A stretch of 64,000 nt of DNA from the human T2T-CHM13v2.0 reference genome, Homo sapiens, in assembly GCF_009914755.1 (NCBI RefSeq), contig NC_060940.1; one strand, written 5' to 3'. The translations under genes were made by a program, and so were the position numbers. Of this stretch, positions 49,343 to 64,000 are shown piece after piece. The stretch's first letter is position 1, and the number at the start of each line of letters is the position of its first letter. The notes under the pieces were generated by a model. It made no database searches. It was not told where the DNA came from and saw only the letters and a program-made list of their open reading frames with translations.

Positions 49343-51799
49343 ATCACCCGACCAACCAACCAAAGAAACAACAAAAAAGACAACCTGCAAGATAGAAGAT
49401 AGAAGGCACCAGATCTATTCCTACGGTCAAAGTGACTGCTGGACCAGACCAGGAGTCGAATGACCAAGTTCAAGAGAATTACCAATTTACTAAAAACTTA
49501 AAGTTTTTAGAATACTCTTCTTGAATACTGTTGATATATACATATGTATTCTTCAAGAATACTTACGACATTTACAGGTTCTAAGGATTAGAGGGAAAAA
49601 AAGGAACATAAACAAAAATTTACACAATTTTTTGATAACTTGGCAAATTAGTTACTGGACAGACTGTCTTTTTGGTGACGTGAACCTCAGGGCCATCTCA
49701 AAGGGTTGTGGAAAAGGTAAAAGGAAGTTAGGGTGATTTGGGCTGTGCAGAGACTGATGTAGCTCACACCGCTCCAGAGGAAGTGAAGTATTATATTCGC
49801 ATTACTGCTAGCTACGACTGACCTCACCCAGACCCATGACCTGTGCTGTTTACTGAGTTGTTGCTTCTTGCAGGACTACTGCGGTGTATTTACTCGGTTC
49901 TTCTAAAAGTCACTTCATTTCTCAGAAATGCCTGCTATCCTCATTATACACTTCCAGCAGGCAGGCAGAGGCTGCAATGCTGGCTGTTAGTAAGTATGCA
50001 GCACATCTTGTGTAGACAAAAAACAAAACAAAAAAAACCTTCTGGCTAGGCCTCCACTTTACATGAGTATCTTTGAGATGATTTATGCTTCCACCTAGGA
50101 GGTTTTGCTGAAGAAAGGATTATACTAATCAGACTCTAGAAAAGATACTGCTGGTTAATGGGAAACCCATACTGGAAAGTAAGTTAAATGACCTTGACTG
50201 AGGCCTTGTAATATGTGGGGCTACCCCTAATACCAAAGGACTCGCTACTTTCTCTCAATTTATAGTTTCTTCTCATTTGCAACACATCACGTATCATTAT
50301 TTTGTGCTTAAATTATGTTTCCCAGCTGATACTTATTGCCAAAACCAACGGGGATAAGTTTGAATAGAAGATTTATACTTAGCGGCATTTGAAGGCCCTG
50401 CATACATGTTTTCTCAGTGATCTTCAAGATACAGATGGAGTCAATAGATGTAAACTCTTAAGAATACACAAACACTTAAATCACTAATAATTATAGACAA
50501 GGGCTTACTTCCAAACCTTCCCCACGTTTTCCAGTTCAATTAGTGAGACACAATTCATAATCATAGTGTAATTTTTCTATAGACACTGTTATGGTAAAGA
50601 GATGACATGACTATTCACCTGCCGTCTCCACAGAACTCTGTAAGGACTCTCTTTAGTCCTAGGATAGAGGGAGGTATTAGACAAGCAGTGATTTTACAAT
50701 TTCTACTTGTGCAGTGAAAGGAGCTTGTGTATAATGTTAGGGAACACAGGCATTTGTGCAAGGAAACCAAAACTAAGAGGAGCTCATCAAAGACGACAAC
50801 AGAGAGAGATCCTGGCGTTCACGAAGCTTAACCCTATGCAGCCAGTTTAAGTCTTGCTCCCTCAATGATCACAATCTAGACAGGGGACAGAAAATTATGA
50901 AAATATGACAAACAAGGTTGGGGAGTGGGGGAAGATTAGTGAAGCCTTCTGAAGTACTAAAGTGGACATGAAGACCAACAAAGTAAGTCCACTCCACAGT
51001 GGGACAGCTGGTCACAATGCCAATGGCTCATGGTGTCAGTGGACAGTGGCTTTCATGATCTTTATTCCACATCAGAATCACTAGACCAGCTCATGTAAAA
51101 CCACGAGTTCCAGCAGAACACAAAGAACCGCAAGCCCATGTATTTAAGAATTATCTGAGTTATAATTAGAGGGAATTAGGTGGAATTGGGAAATTGAGAA
51201 AGAAAAAAGCTGAAGTTTCACAAGTTAAGAGTGACTACAAGACACAGATTCTGCACCTTCGTCCTAAGAGATTGTGAATCGGGAGGACTGGGTGAGGCCC
51301 AGGAACTGCCAGTCACTCGGATGCAGGTGGGGCCATGGACAGGTGCTGAGACACAGCAATGGAATGAACCCCTGGACACAGGGGGCCCTGGAGGGCATCC
51401 TAGCACATGGCTTGCCGCTCAGGTGCTACCAGTGTCACTGCCGCAGCTGTGATATTCTGGCAGGACACAGAAGACCACTCTCCCATCCTCCCGTCTACAC
51501 AGTCTTCCAGCCACACCACCCTTCCATTCAGAGACGTAGATCAGCAGCTGCCGTGGGCCCTGTCCACAACCTCCACTCCAAAATTCTGAAACTCAGTCAC
51601 AACAAATCGTAACATCACTCATGAGCAATTTTAAATAAGCAGCACTACTGATGAATCTCCTGCATCTCAACTTTAATGGTGAAGTCTCCATAACGCAGTT
51701 CTTAAAAAAAAAAAAAAATCACACCTACGAACTCCACATTAGAAATAACTCTTGCAGGAGACCACGTGGGAGAACCTGAAGATGAGGCCCCTCTGGTCA

Positions 51800-52435
51800 C
51801 TGAATGTTCTCAGTCTAAGACGTATCCCACTTCTACACGGCATTTTGTGAAAATGTCAGAAAGCCCAATCCAAAGCTTAAGCAAGACGTCACCAAGAATC
51901 AGGTGGGTTCCACTTCCAGAAGGATCGCCCTTGAACTTCTCCTCCTCACTCAGCTAAAGTGGCTTCAACTTCCTGCATCACACCCCACCCTGTAAGCCGA
52001 TGGCCCATCTTCCCTCCAAGGCCCCCTGAAATGGTTCCTGCTCAACCCCCAACTTCCACTCACGCCCTGCTCCCTTCCCTCATGGTGGCCTTTCTGGACT
52101 TCTACCAGTTCCTACGCAAGCCAGTGCTGTCCCAATACCCTGGGGTCTCTGTGGCTTCTTCTCAACTTTCCAATCTTGCCTTTAAATCTCCTTCCTCAAT
52201 GTGGCCTTCTCTGATGGCTCCATCTAAAGAGGTCCCTATGACAATCTGAACCGCTGAGTGCTACGCAGACCTCTTGGAGCAGTTTGTAACGATTTGTTTT
52301 CCGTGGCCACTACACCTTCCATTTCACAAAAGTGGAGTGAGCTCTGTGTCACTCCCAGTTGCCTTCTGGGGAGCCGACTCCAGCACCTGAGCCCACAAAA
52401 GGCTTTCAACACATGTGACAAATTAATTGAATGAT
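51800..52435. mobile_element. L2 3' remnant
   Basis: Pyrimidine-rich L2-like body ending ttcaacacatgtgacaaattaattgaatga. Confidence 0.5.
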
Positions 52436-53315
52436 CATATCCTTCCCTTCCTCAATGCTACCCAGTGTTGGACTCCTATAGAAACTAGGAGGGGAGAGGA
52501 ACAAGAGCTCCCTGGCCCAAGACCACGTGGCTAAATCACTCCAGGAAAGAGCTGCAGAGGGCACCAGGTGATTTGGCACTGGAGTCCTGACTGGGATTGT
52601 TTGGGACACCAAATTTAGTTGGGTACCCCCTAAAGCATGACAATAAATGCAAATATGTTTGACACCTCATTTTTTCAGTAAATAGACCTAGATTTCTTTG
52701 TAAGTGTTTGCCCTCAGTATGCAAAAGTCTGTGGGTTTTGAGGCCAGATATAATTTTCAAAATTCAAAAAGACTACAAAACACATCTGAGGAACTGCAGA
52801 CAAACTGTGTAAGCACGGGCTGGTGAAGCATTCCCGGCAGGCTCAGGGCTGCAAAAACATGACCTCAGAACATAACTGAAGAGTTTCAGGCTTTGCAAAC
52901 AGGAAGCTACATAGCTTTGAACAACCCAAACTCCTCAGAGTCTCAACTTGCTCAGCTGTAAAATGGGACCTGGAATGATGTCTCTCAAGAGGCTATTGCA
53001 GGAATATGTTAAAAATTACCTAGAAAGATGTTGGGGAGACCATGTGTGCTGGTACCCCACTTTCCCACCAGCCCCTCTGGTTCCTACCACTATGTGGAGC
53101 ACTGAAGGCTGTTCCTGGGTCAGGCTGCCTCACAAAGGCACACGTGGGCACAGCCCCATCTGATCTGTGCCCTCCAGGGTCAGTGGTGTCATTCAGTTTA
53201 CCCCCAACAGGCATTTGTGGATCTGTCTCAAAGTCCACAGGGGTTCTTGTGAGACAGTGGCCACCAGGCAACCAATGCAGTTCCCATGGACAAAAATGCT
53301 TTCTCAGTTTACCCT

Positions 53316-53455
53316 GAGAAGATCAGAGACAGACCAAGAAACAGGAAGAGAGGGAGAGAGAAAGAGAGGGGGTGGGGAGAGAAGGGGAGAGGGAGGGATG
53401 AAAGAAGGGGGGGGCAGCGGGGGAGAGAGAGAGGCAGAGAGGAAAAGAAGTGGTT
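53316..53455. repeat. GA-rich low-complexity tract (polypyrimidine in the pre-mRNA)
   Basis: About 140 nt, strongly purine-rich on the plus strand. Confidence 0.9.
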
Positions 53456-53542
53456 CTACTTTTGTCAGATGTCTGGAAGACAAGCAAAAGGATGAGATGC
53501 TGTTGCTACTGCTTCTCCTAATTACTCTCCAGTTCTCCAGAG

Positions 53543-53740
53543 CAGGAGTTTTTAACTAGGGGCGACTATGCCCTGGAGAACATATGTTGGTGCCTTGAGC
53601 CATTTTTGATTATCATGGCTTAGAGGAGAAGGCTGTAAGCACCCAGTGGGTAGGGCCAGGGATGCTGCCCAACATCCTCTGGGGCACAACCGGCTCACAG
53701 CAGAGAACTGCCATCAGTGCAGAGGCAGAGGGGAGCCTGC
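53543..53740. mobile_element. MER20 (hAT-Charlie MITE)
   Basis: aactaggggcgactatgccc...cagtgggtagggccagggatgctgcccaacatcct. Confidence 0.75.
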
Positions 53741-54379
53741 CCCAGACCAAACGGCTCCAGCCCTGCTGCAGGTGAAGGGAATGAGCAGCCTCTTTGCAGT
53801 CCCGGGCAGAAACTGCCCTTGACAAGCATACCACATCTGCCAAGTTCAGCCCTCTGGAGCAGCAGTGGAGGCAGCAGAGGGGCCCGGAGCACAGATTCTG
53901 TCACTAAGTTGTAGATAAAGGAGAGGGGATGGGGAAGTGGGGCTGGAGAATATTTTAAAAGAGAAAAGGGAGCAAAATGTTAGGTCAGGGTTTCCCTGAC
54001 TGTAAAACACAAGAAGTCTTGGAAAAAGCAAATGCTTTCACTATGAAGCCAAAATGTGCTCCTGGTTACTGAGCAGGCATAATCGATGACAGCTAACCCC
54101 AGAGTCCACACTACTGTCCTTTCGGTGAGGACTGGAAAAGGAAGCACAGGAGAGAACGGGATCTGTGTGGTGCCAGAGCCCAGCATTATGCAGGTCAGTA
54201 CCGTTCCCTGAACTTGAGGGGCTGACCTAGGGTCCTCTGGGCTCTGTTTCAGGTTCTGGACCTGCACTATCAGGAACAGGACAATCCTGGCAACAAAAAG
54301 TTATTGGAAAGAAAGAAGCATATCAAGGAAAGTTACAAGGGGATTATCAGAAGAAATAAAGAAGTCCTAAGAACTTTAG

Positions 54380-54726
<347 letters not shown>

Positions 54727-55852
54727 CAACCACCTTTTTAAATGGAGGTACCATACAGCAGGGAGCCAGCACCTGACAGGACACCTCATTATTCCCATTT
54801 CCTGATTTTATCAAACAAGTAAATAAAGAGATCTGGCTCTCTCTGCTTCCCAGCAACCTCAAAACTTCTAAGCACTGTAAGCAATGTTAATTACTTAGTT
54901 TTGAGAAAAGACCAAGGTTATGTAAGATGCATCAGAGGAAGCTGGATGAGGTGAAAGATATATAGGAATTCTCTGTGCTATCTTTACAACAAATACTTCA
55001 AAATAAAAAGCATAAAAAACCGAAAGACAAAAAGCAACTTTTTCTGAACATAATCCTCTCACTTTCTTGTGATCTTCCCAAATCACTATGGCAGCTGGGA
55101 AGGTCAGGCTCTCAGCAACAAGCACAGTGGGGAGAGATGGCTGCTTGTGGTCCTCACCCACCACCAAGAGCACACCAGACATGCAGCACTGGGGGTGAAC
55201 AAGAGAGGCTGGACAAAAGAACGCACTACCCCTCAGTGTTTTGAAATAAAAGAGATTCTATTATTTGGTGGTGCAAAAGGAGATATTTTCCCATTAATAT
55301 CTTGATTCATCAGGTTGAGAAGTGATAAGGATAATTCCCATTTTATAGATTTCCCATCTATAAAATCCCTTCAAACCTCAGGGAGGATGAAGACACGTGG
55401 AATCATCTATTGTGTTGGACGTAATATGCATCTCATCAACAGAGTATTGTCTTTGGAAGATAAATGTCCATCATCTGACGGTAATACAAATCAATGGGCT
55501 TCTACTGACATCATCAAGCCACTAACAAACAGGAAGTGTAAGAAAAGCCAGTGTCTCTGGTTCTCATGATTCTGGAGAGAAAGGTAAAGTGATTCGTGCA
55601 CGTGAATTCTCTCCATCAACAAAAGGAGCCTGGGAAGAGCGGCTGAATCATCCTCACCTATCTCTCCTGTTGCTAGCTCATCACAGAAAATGTTAAACTC
55701 ATTTAGAGAGCTACTCATGAGAAATCTGGGTTCTCTTCCTATCACCTACTGACACACTTTTAGTTATAGACTTTCACTGTGAGAATGGTAAAAATCCACA
55801 GACCACAGCACCCACCGGAGAGCCATAACACTGAGGGCCAAGGGTAACTTAC

Positions 55853-56029
55853 CATATTTGGCACGTTGGTGACTGAAGTATTCTTGATATCTGTAGGGAA
55901 GGTGGGCAAACTGTTGACCATGCTCTGTTTGCTGGCTAACTGGGGGTTCACTCCAGTGGCTCCCATTGGCTGCCCTCCAGCTTGACTAAAGGGCTGTCCA
56001 AATGGACTTGTGTTCCCAGTTATTCCCAT
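55853..56029 (-). CDS. CREBBP: CREBBP exon 3 (177 nt, phase 0-0), MGITGNTSPFGQ...VTNVPNM
   Basis: Acceptor tttgtttcag|ATG, donor ATG|gtaagt; inside ORF 55760..56038. Confidence 0.98.
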
Positions 56030-56513
56030 CTGAAACAAAAAAGAGGTAACATCAGCTGTGGTGACGCAGTCAATATAAAAGGAAGGGCCTGGGAAATGCT
56101 CACACAGTTTCCTATGAAATACTCATTGCAATGATAAATTCAAGGTTCATTATCAGGTTCACATGCTCCAAGCAGAAGGCTCATGAAGCAGCTCCTAGCA
56201 GCCACTCTCTCCTCACCCTAAACCCCATCCCGCAAGTAGACGAGCTGTTTCCCCCCACCCTCAGCCACTCTCCTCACTCAATCCCTCCTGCCCCAACAAT
56301 GGCACCAACACCCGAAGAAAGTCATTTGGAAAACAAAACCTTCCAAAGCTGCTACCCAAGGGGAATTCTTTCAGTTTAATCCTTAATTACTCTATAGGTA
56401 TCTAGTTTCTGTTAGGTTCCCCATCAGATTTGAACTAAGTTTCCATTAGTTCAAAACACACAGTGGAAATATTGCAATGAAATGATACAACACCTGGGAT
56501 CTCCTTTAAAATA

Positions 56514-57282
56514 CACCTGACCCATGACCAACATGGGTTTGAACTGCATGGGTCTACATATATGGAAATATTTTTCAATCTCTCCTGCTCCTCTTCAAAC
56601 TCCTCAGCCTCTGCCAACCAAGAGATCAAGACCAGCACCTCCTCATCCTCCTCAACGTGAAGACAATGAGGATGAAGACCTTGATGATGACCCACTTTCA
56701 CTTAATGAATGGTACATATATTTTCTTTTCCTTATGGTTTTATTTATTTATTTTAATAGAGACAGCATCTTGCTCTGTCGCCTAGGCTGGAGTGCAGTGG
56801 AGCTGTCTCGGCTCACTGCCAACCTCTACCGCCTGGGTTCAAGCGATTCTCTTGCCTCAGCCTCCTGAGTAGCTGGTACTACAGGCACGTGCCACCAGGT
56901 CCGGCTAATTTTTTTGTATTTTTAGTAGAGACACGGTTTCATCATGCTGGCCAGGCTGTTCTCAAACTCCTGACCTCAGGTGATCCATCCACCTTGGCCT
57001 CCCAAAGTGCTCGGATTACAGGCATGAGCCACCGTGCCCGGCCCCTTACGGTTTTCCTAATAACGTTTTCTTTTCTCTAGCTTACTTCACTGTAAAGATA
57101 CAGTATATAACACATAAAACATGAAATTTGTGTTAAGCAAATGTGTATGCTATTGGTAAGGCTTCTGATCAACAGCAGGGGATTAGTAGTAGTTAAACTT
57201 TTATGGAGTCAAAAGGTTACAAGCAGATTTTCGACTGGCAGGGTCAGCACCCTTAACCCCTGAGTTGCTTAAGGGTCACCTC
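56514..57282. mobile_element. Tigger2a (MER28) with a nested Alu (56738-57044), inserted in an L1M 3' UTR remnant (about 56460-57755) that holds another Alu (57427-57728)
   Basis: Termini cacctgacccatga...taagggtcacctc; caacgtgaagacaatgaggatgaagacc; Alu TSD ccttaYggtttt. Confidence 0.8.
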
Positions 57283-57555
57283 TAATCCACTGGGCAGGAG
57301 GAGGTGGCAGGAAAAGGGCATAGATGGAGAGAGCCTGGTAAGGTACTGATAATCACTAACCAAGCAGTAGGCGATGGGTACAGAGAGGTTATAGTATCCT
57401 CTCTACCACTGTACAGGTGTAAAATTTATGTATTTATTTATATTTTTTGAGAGTGTGTCACTCTGTCACCCAGGCTGGAGTGCAGTGGCGTGATCTCGGC
57501 TCACTGAAACCTCCCTCTCCCAGGTTCAAGCAATTCTCCTGCCTCAGCCTCCTGA

Positions 57556-57771
<216 letters not shown>

Positions 57772-59409
57772 TGAAATCAAATATATACTAGATAAAGGCA
57801 GGAATGGGAAAGAGGAACCCTCAGCTATGCTTCCGTGAGGGCCTGCAACCAACTGGAATTCCTTCCATCAACAGATGTGGGCCAAGTTCCCTGATGACCC
57901 CCAGCTCCAGCCTCCACAGGTCAATTCAGGAATTGCCATGGCAATATCCCAGTGCTTATCTTTCTCCCTGTGGAGAAACAACGACTAATTAAGAAACTGG
58001 ATGCTTGGGCTGCCTGTCTTTGCTTTTTTGCAAAGCTCTAATATTCCACCTTCTGTCTATTGTGTGTTCTGTATTTCTGGAGTAGTGGTCAGTTTGATGG
58101 ACTGGGAAGGTCCCCGCATAGGGAAAACCTCCCAGGGGTGAGTTTCCAGTTAAGAAATCATAGCTCAGTTCTCTCCATCAGCCTCACCTGGTGACTGCCA
58201 CGCCAGCATGTCCACTCTGGGTAACTTAACATTCCTTCTATGGACTTCAAACTCCTCGCCTGTAAGATGAGTGTCTTGAACAAGATGGATCGTATTATTT
58301 CTTTCAGCTCTAAAAGTCTAGGCTACAAACAAATCAACACTCAACACAACTGGCCCTTTCTGCTGAAATGCCTGTACAGAAACACAAATAAAAACCAAAG
58401 GAGTATAACCAGAAAGTTCTAGCTCTGTGCATTTCATACGCAGGTGATTTCCTTCCCCATGTAGTCCTCCTAGGTGACATTTCTCACCTTTTGGAAAGCA
58501 ATCACATTCTTGTCACCACTAGGTGCTCTACTTAAGTGAACTGAGACACTAATTCTTCTGCAAGTCCACAAACCAGACTCAATTTCGAGTTCAAATGACT
58601 TAATCTAGGCAAGATGGTAGCTCGATAAATATTAAGCACATTTCTGATTTGCAAGAAGCTTCCTTCAACTGTCATCTGAAACTTAATTGAAGCAGGAATT
58701 TATATTTTCAGAAACCACTATACTAAATTAATTCCATGGAACACTTACTACTCTCAGAATTTGTCTTATTACATATAACCAAACCGCTGAAACATTGTTC
58801 TTAGAAGCCTAGAATTTGAATACAACAACACGAACAACAACAAAAAATATAGTTTTTTTTCCCCCAGTTCCTAAATTTCTGACTTCGGACAAAATATGAC
58901 AGAACACCCACACTCATTTTCCCTCGATCAATTCATCCTCGAAGTCAACTGGTATTCACCAAGTGCCTGGTATGAGCCAAGCCCAGTTCTGAGGCTGCGT
59001 AGATGCATTTCCCACTTGTCACGGAGCTCACACCTTATGTCAACCAATTTGACAAACAAACAAACAAAAAATCAACGTCTTTTGGAAGTTTCTAATTAAT
59101 TAGGCCCAGCATTGACAAACCAAAGTGGGTGACAGCTGAAGGGGTGGGGAAGGGAACAGGTAACCATCTTCCTTCCACACCAAATGCCCAGGCAACCTGG
59201 CTCCAGAGAAGAGGGGACCTAAGTACCAAGAGGCCAGTGTGCTCTGTGGACCTCAAAGTTCACCTGACTTGCTTCAGAAAGTTTATTTCCAAAACTTCCC
59301 AGATATTTTGACAATTTTCCTAAGATAGCCCTGCCAGGGTGAGTATGAGTGTGTGATCAGATGGGTAATACTTGCCTGGCCTGGGGCCCTTTTCTAACTG
59401 GTCAATGTT

Positions 59410-59800
<391 letters not shown>

Positions 59801-60473
59801 ATAACTGGTCAATTTCAAAGGGTAACCCAGTGTTTGGAAGCGCTCTGACAGATTTCATCAAAAACGTGTTTGTACCTTTTCTTCTTGGCCATCAGATAAG
59901 AGAGTGAAGGAAACAGTCTCAACAAGTTTTTACCTTGATTCTCACAAGGTAAAAAAGATGGCAAGTCAAAGATCATGAACGGTATGTAAGGAACGTCCAG
60001 CTCATAGGGATCTACACAATTCTCAAAAATAGGGGAAAAAATTCCCGTCTTTAGCCTATGATAAAAACAAAACCCAGGCTACATGCAGGAGGTTAGGGTT
60101 CAAATCTCTGGCACCAGGGCCAGCCCCAGCCTCTCCTTATCAGAGAAAGTTAATAACCAGGCTAAAGAGGTCAGCTCTCTCACAGGGTATCACTGCTCAT
60201 TGCCCAGGCAAGGCTACCTCCTGGTGCCAAACCACCTCCTGGCAGAACTCAAGAGCCATGCACTGGTCCTAGCCTGCAGTTATGAATAAAAACCATTTGC
60301 TTCTAGAGATTCTAGATTTCTGAATTCCTAGTATATATCTATTCTCCATTAATCAAACTGAGCACTGTGGTCCCCCACCCTAGGCTAACATATACTTCTT
60401 AGGACCAATGCCCAAAATGAAATACTAAAATCAAGATGTCTAACGCTAATTAATGAAAATCTACATTTCTTTA

Positions 60474-60794
<321 letters not shown>

Positions 60795-60894
60795 TTTTTT
60801 TTTTTTTTTGTAAAGCTGGCTTTATTTTCAATGGAGGTTCATCAGGATTTGGTTTAATGCTGCTAGAGAACCTCTATATAATCTTTTAAAAAGT

Positions 60895-61160
60895 TTTTTC
60901 ATTTTTAATTTTGGGAGGTACATAGTAGGTATATATATTTATGGGTTACATGAGTTTTTTTTACAGGCATGCACTGTGTAATAATCACACCCAGGTTAAA
61001 TGGGGTGTCCGTCACCTCAAGCATTTATCCTTTGTGTTATAAACAATCCAATTACAGTCTTTCAGTTATTTAAAAATGTAGAATTAAATTATTTTTGAAT
61101 AGTCACCCTGTTGTGCTAGCAAATACAAAGTCTTATTCATTCTTTTTTTTTGTATTCCAT
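60895..61160 (-). mobile_element. L1MA-type 3' end
   Basis: ggtacatagtaggtatatatatttatggg...aaatggggtgtccgtcacctcaagcatttatc. Confidence 0.8.
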
Positions 61161-63526
61161 ACACTCTTTTAAATAAAATTAAAAAAGCAGAACAGAGAAT
61201 AGGCAACTGTTCAGTTAATAGTAAAATTTATATATTAACAAATTAAAACCCATAAAGTATTTATATTCTGCCTCATTCAACAACAGCCCATACATATTAG
61301 AAGTTTCTTTTACTCTGTTCTTCCTAACAGAACTCCTTTAAGCATTTAATTCAAGTTTAATCTCAGAAAATAGGAAAAGTTAACTATAGTAAGTACCCAA
61401 AAAAAGAACAAGAGCTTCCATAATGAAACTAAATTAAACAATGCCTCACAGCTCTCCCAGGTTTCCCATTAAAAAGCATTGTGACCAAGCGTATCAATCA
61501 ATTAACTGTTTGAGAACCTACTTCTGTTTTCTATCACTTCACTCAGAGAGTAAAAATATGTAATGCATAGTCCCTGTGTATGATAAGAAAAATATTGAAG
61601 CCAGATCCTGAGGTTTCCCCAACTCCAACCACTGCCCCCAAGAAAGAATGGGGGTGAAACTGGATTAGCCTTAACATGACTGCAGTGTGAGCTCTGATGA
61701 GGAAATTCCTCTTTAAGTTCAGCTCAAAACCCAAGAACAATACAAAGAGGCACCTGCAGCAAATCCTGGTGCTGAGCCTAGCCCATCCATTAAATCCTGT
61801 GGCTGCGGGTCTGAACTGTCTGGCAAGTAGGTGAGTGACCATGATCAACAAAGAGGAGGGAAAAGGCAGACTGTGACTGTCCATCTACTCCAGCAGACAT
61901 GGGTACCACGGAAAGTACAAAGTACCACACGGCTCTAGAGGATTATCTGTCACATAAATGTTTGTAATAATCTATCCTGAACCTGTTTTGGTCACAAAAC
62001 TAGGATAAAACTTCTCACCTTCCTGGAACATTCTCTGCATCCCCTGCAACATACCAGGGATGCAGCGGAAGGACCCAAATGAATGAACACGCCAAAGCAC
62101 CACCATGCCACGCAGCCCCTAGGAATAGAGCCAGGAAGGAGGTGGTCAAAGAACCACGAACAAGTGACCAAAGTCAAGGCACAAAGAGGGTCAGCAATGG
62201 CTGGAGGGGGCATCGGAAGAGGCAGCAGGAACAGTGCCCTTTCTATCTTCAAAACTTCCAAACAAGGATCTCAGCTACCAGTTGGAGTGGACAGGAGTGG
62301 ACAGCTACTTTCCCATGCTGAAAAGTCGGGCAGAACGAGAACAGGCCTTCGGAGTTGGTTTTCAGAATGGTGAAACGGGTGTGTGTGATCACAGCAGATA
62401 CACAAGTCCAGTCTGGCTATAAAATGGGTCCTCTGTGCTACATCTTTGGGCCAGGAAAACCCTGACTTTGGTACAAGGCCCCACTCATGCCCTTACCCAG
62501 AGCTTTCCACTTGCACACAGAATTACTGACCCATCAGCCTCCATGGTCACTTCTGGCTGCCAACAGCCTCCTCTGTTTACCTCAGTGTGTGGGACAAATA
62601 CTATCATTTTCTACTTGTAATGATATGACAGCTATCAAAACATTAGTAAGAAAACAAGCTCCAGGCTCAGAAAGACCAGAAAGATTCTCTCCACTCACTA
62701 ACCAGGAGAATCTCTCTACTACTCACCTTCTCTCAAGTGAGATCTAGTCTCGTAAAAAAGTTAGTAAATGGAAATCCAAAAACTAATTAAGGGTTTAAGG
62801 AGAGAGAAAAGTCAAGTCAAGTCCTTCAATATCATCAGAAAAACTCCTGATATTGAAAAGGGGTTTAGACTGAAAGGTTATAGAAGAAATCATCAAAATA
62901 GAAGTATTTCCCCAGAACAGGTTTCTACAATAGTAGCAAGCCAAGCATCCATTTTCTGGCTCTTCTGTCGAAAAGGTCAGAGAAACACGTTCTTTGCAGG
63001 CCAAACTCCACTGGGGGGAGGCAATGGGCCAGGCAGTCCATGGGGGCAGGGGAGGGAGCATTTGGGTGGGCACCAGTTCACAATTTTGTGTGATGTTCAT
63101 TTCTGAGGGTCACTCTAAGATCTCCTAAAGATTAAGAATACCTGTCCTTGGAGGAAGGAAACTTCCTCCATGCCCCTCATTTTCAGGGAAGGGCAAGCTG
63201 GTTCCTCATCTCACACAACCCTGAGCCATGTATGGGAGCCTTTGCAAATAGTCCACTTCCAGAGACATCAACCACTCATAAGAACAACCACTCCGACAAA
63301 CAAACTCCCCCAGTTTTCATCTCCAAACGTCATTTTGAAGTGCACACTCACAAGAAGGGGTTGACCATAACCACTTATGAGTATGCACCTGAGGGGGCCA
63401 CCATGTGACCAATGGGGGGCCGGGGAGGAGGACGGCCAGAAATGGCACTGCGACGCAGAACTTGACCTAGAGTCGGCCAGGCCATCAGAAACTCTCAGTG
63501 CAACAAGTGCCGAGTTTGATGTTTAG

Positions 63527-63931
<405 letters not shown>

Positions 63932-64000
63932 TCAAGACACGCCTCAAGCCACAATACACAGCAGACCACTCAGAGGAAGTGGGCTTTGGGGGGTGTCACT

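Noticed and set aside
63390-63470. GC-rich patch with GCCACCATG and CCAAT
   Set aside because: The ATG is followed immediately by TGA, and the patch is too short for a CpG island or a promoter call

Overview
This is primate genomic DNA, almost certainly human (chr16p13.3), covering the middle of CREBBP (CREB-binding protein, CBP/KAT3A) on the minus strand. I mapped 17 coding exons to the base, all with GT-AG junctions. They join into one open frame of 2,900 nt and correspond to exons 3-19 in the usual NM_004380 numbering, about aa 267-1233; that numbering is recalled, not derived from the window. These exons encode the TAZ1/CH1 zinc finger, the KIX domain, the Q/P-rich linker, the CRD1 SUMO region, the bromodomain and the start of the RING/CH2 region. 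The window begins in intron 19 and ends in intron 2. The introns hold about 45 Alu copies or monomers, hAT and Tigger DNA-transposon fossils (Charlie1 with recognisable transposase peptides, MER58A/B, MER33, MER20, MER5A1, MER103C, MER44, Tigger2a, MER2B), L1M, L2 and MIR remnants, and microsatellites. Most other ORF-track entries are Alu-derived or chance ORFs. There are no prokaryotic features, and I cannot support a new gene or a new biological system. The best leads are inferred splicing-regulatory elements: a 50-nt poison-exon candidate in intron 19, a CFTR-like branchpoint-(UG)18-AG site in intron 13, and a 294-nt cryptic exon behind a 140-nt AG-free tract in intron 3. Also notable are an orphan 116-bp insert flanked by a target-site duplication (TSD) and several non-B-DNA motifs. 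Repeat-family names come from recalled consensus sequences, and repeat boundaries are approximate unless a TSD is given.
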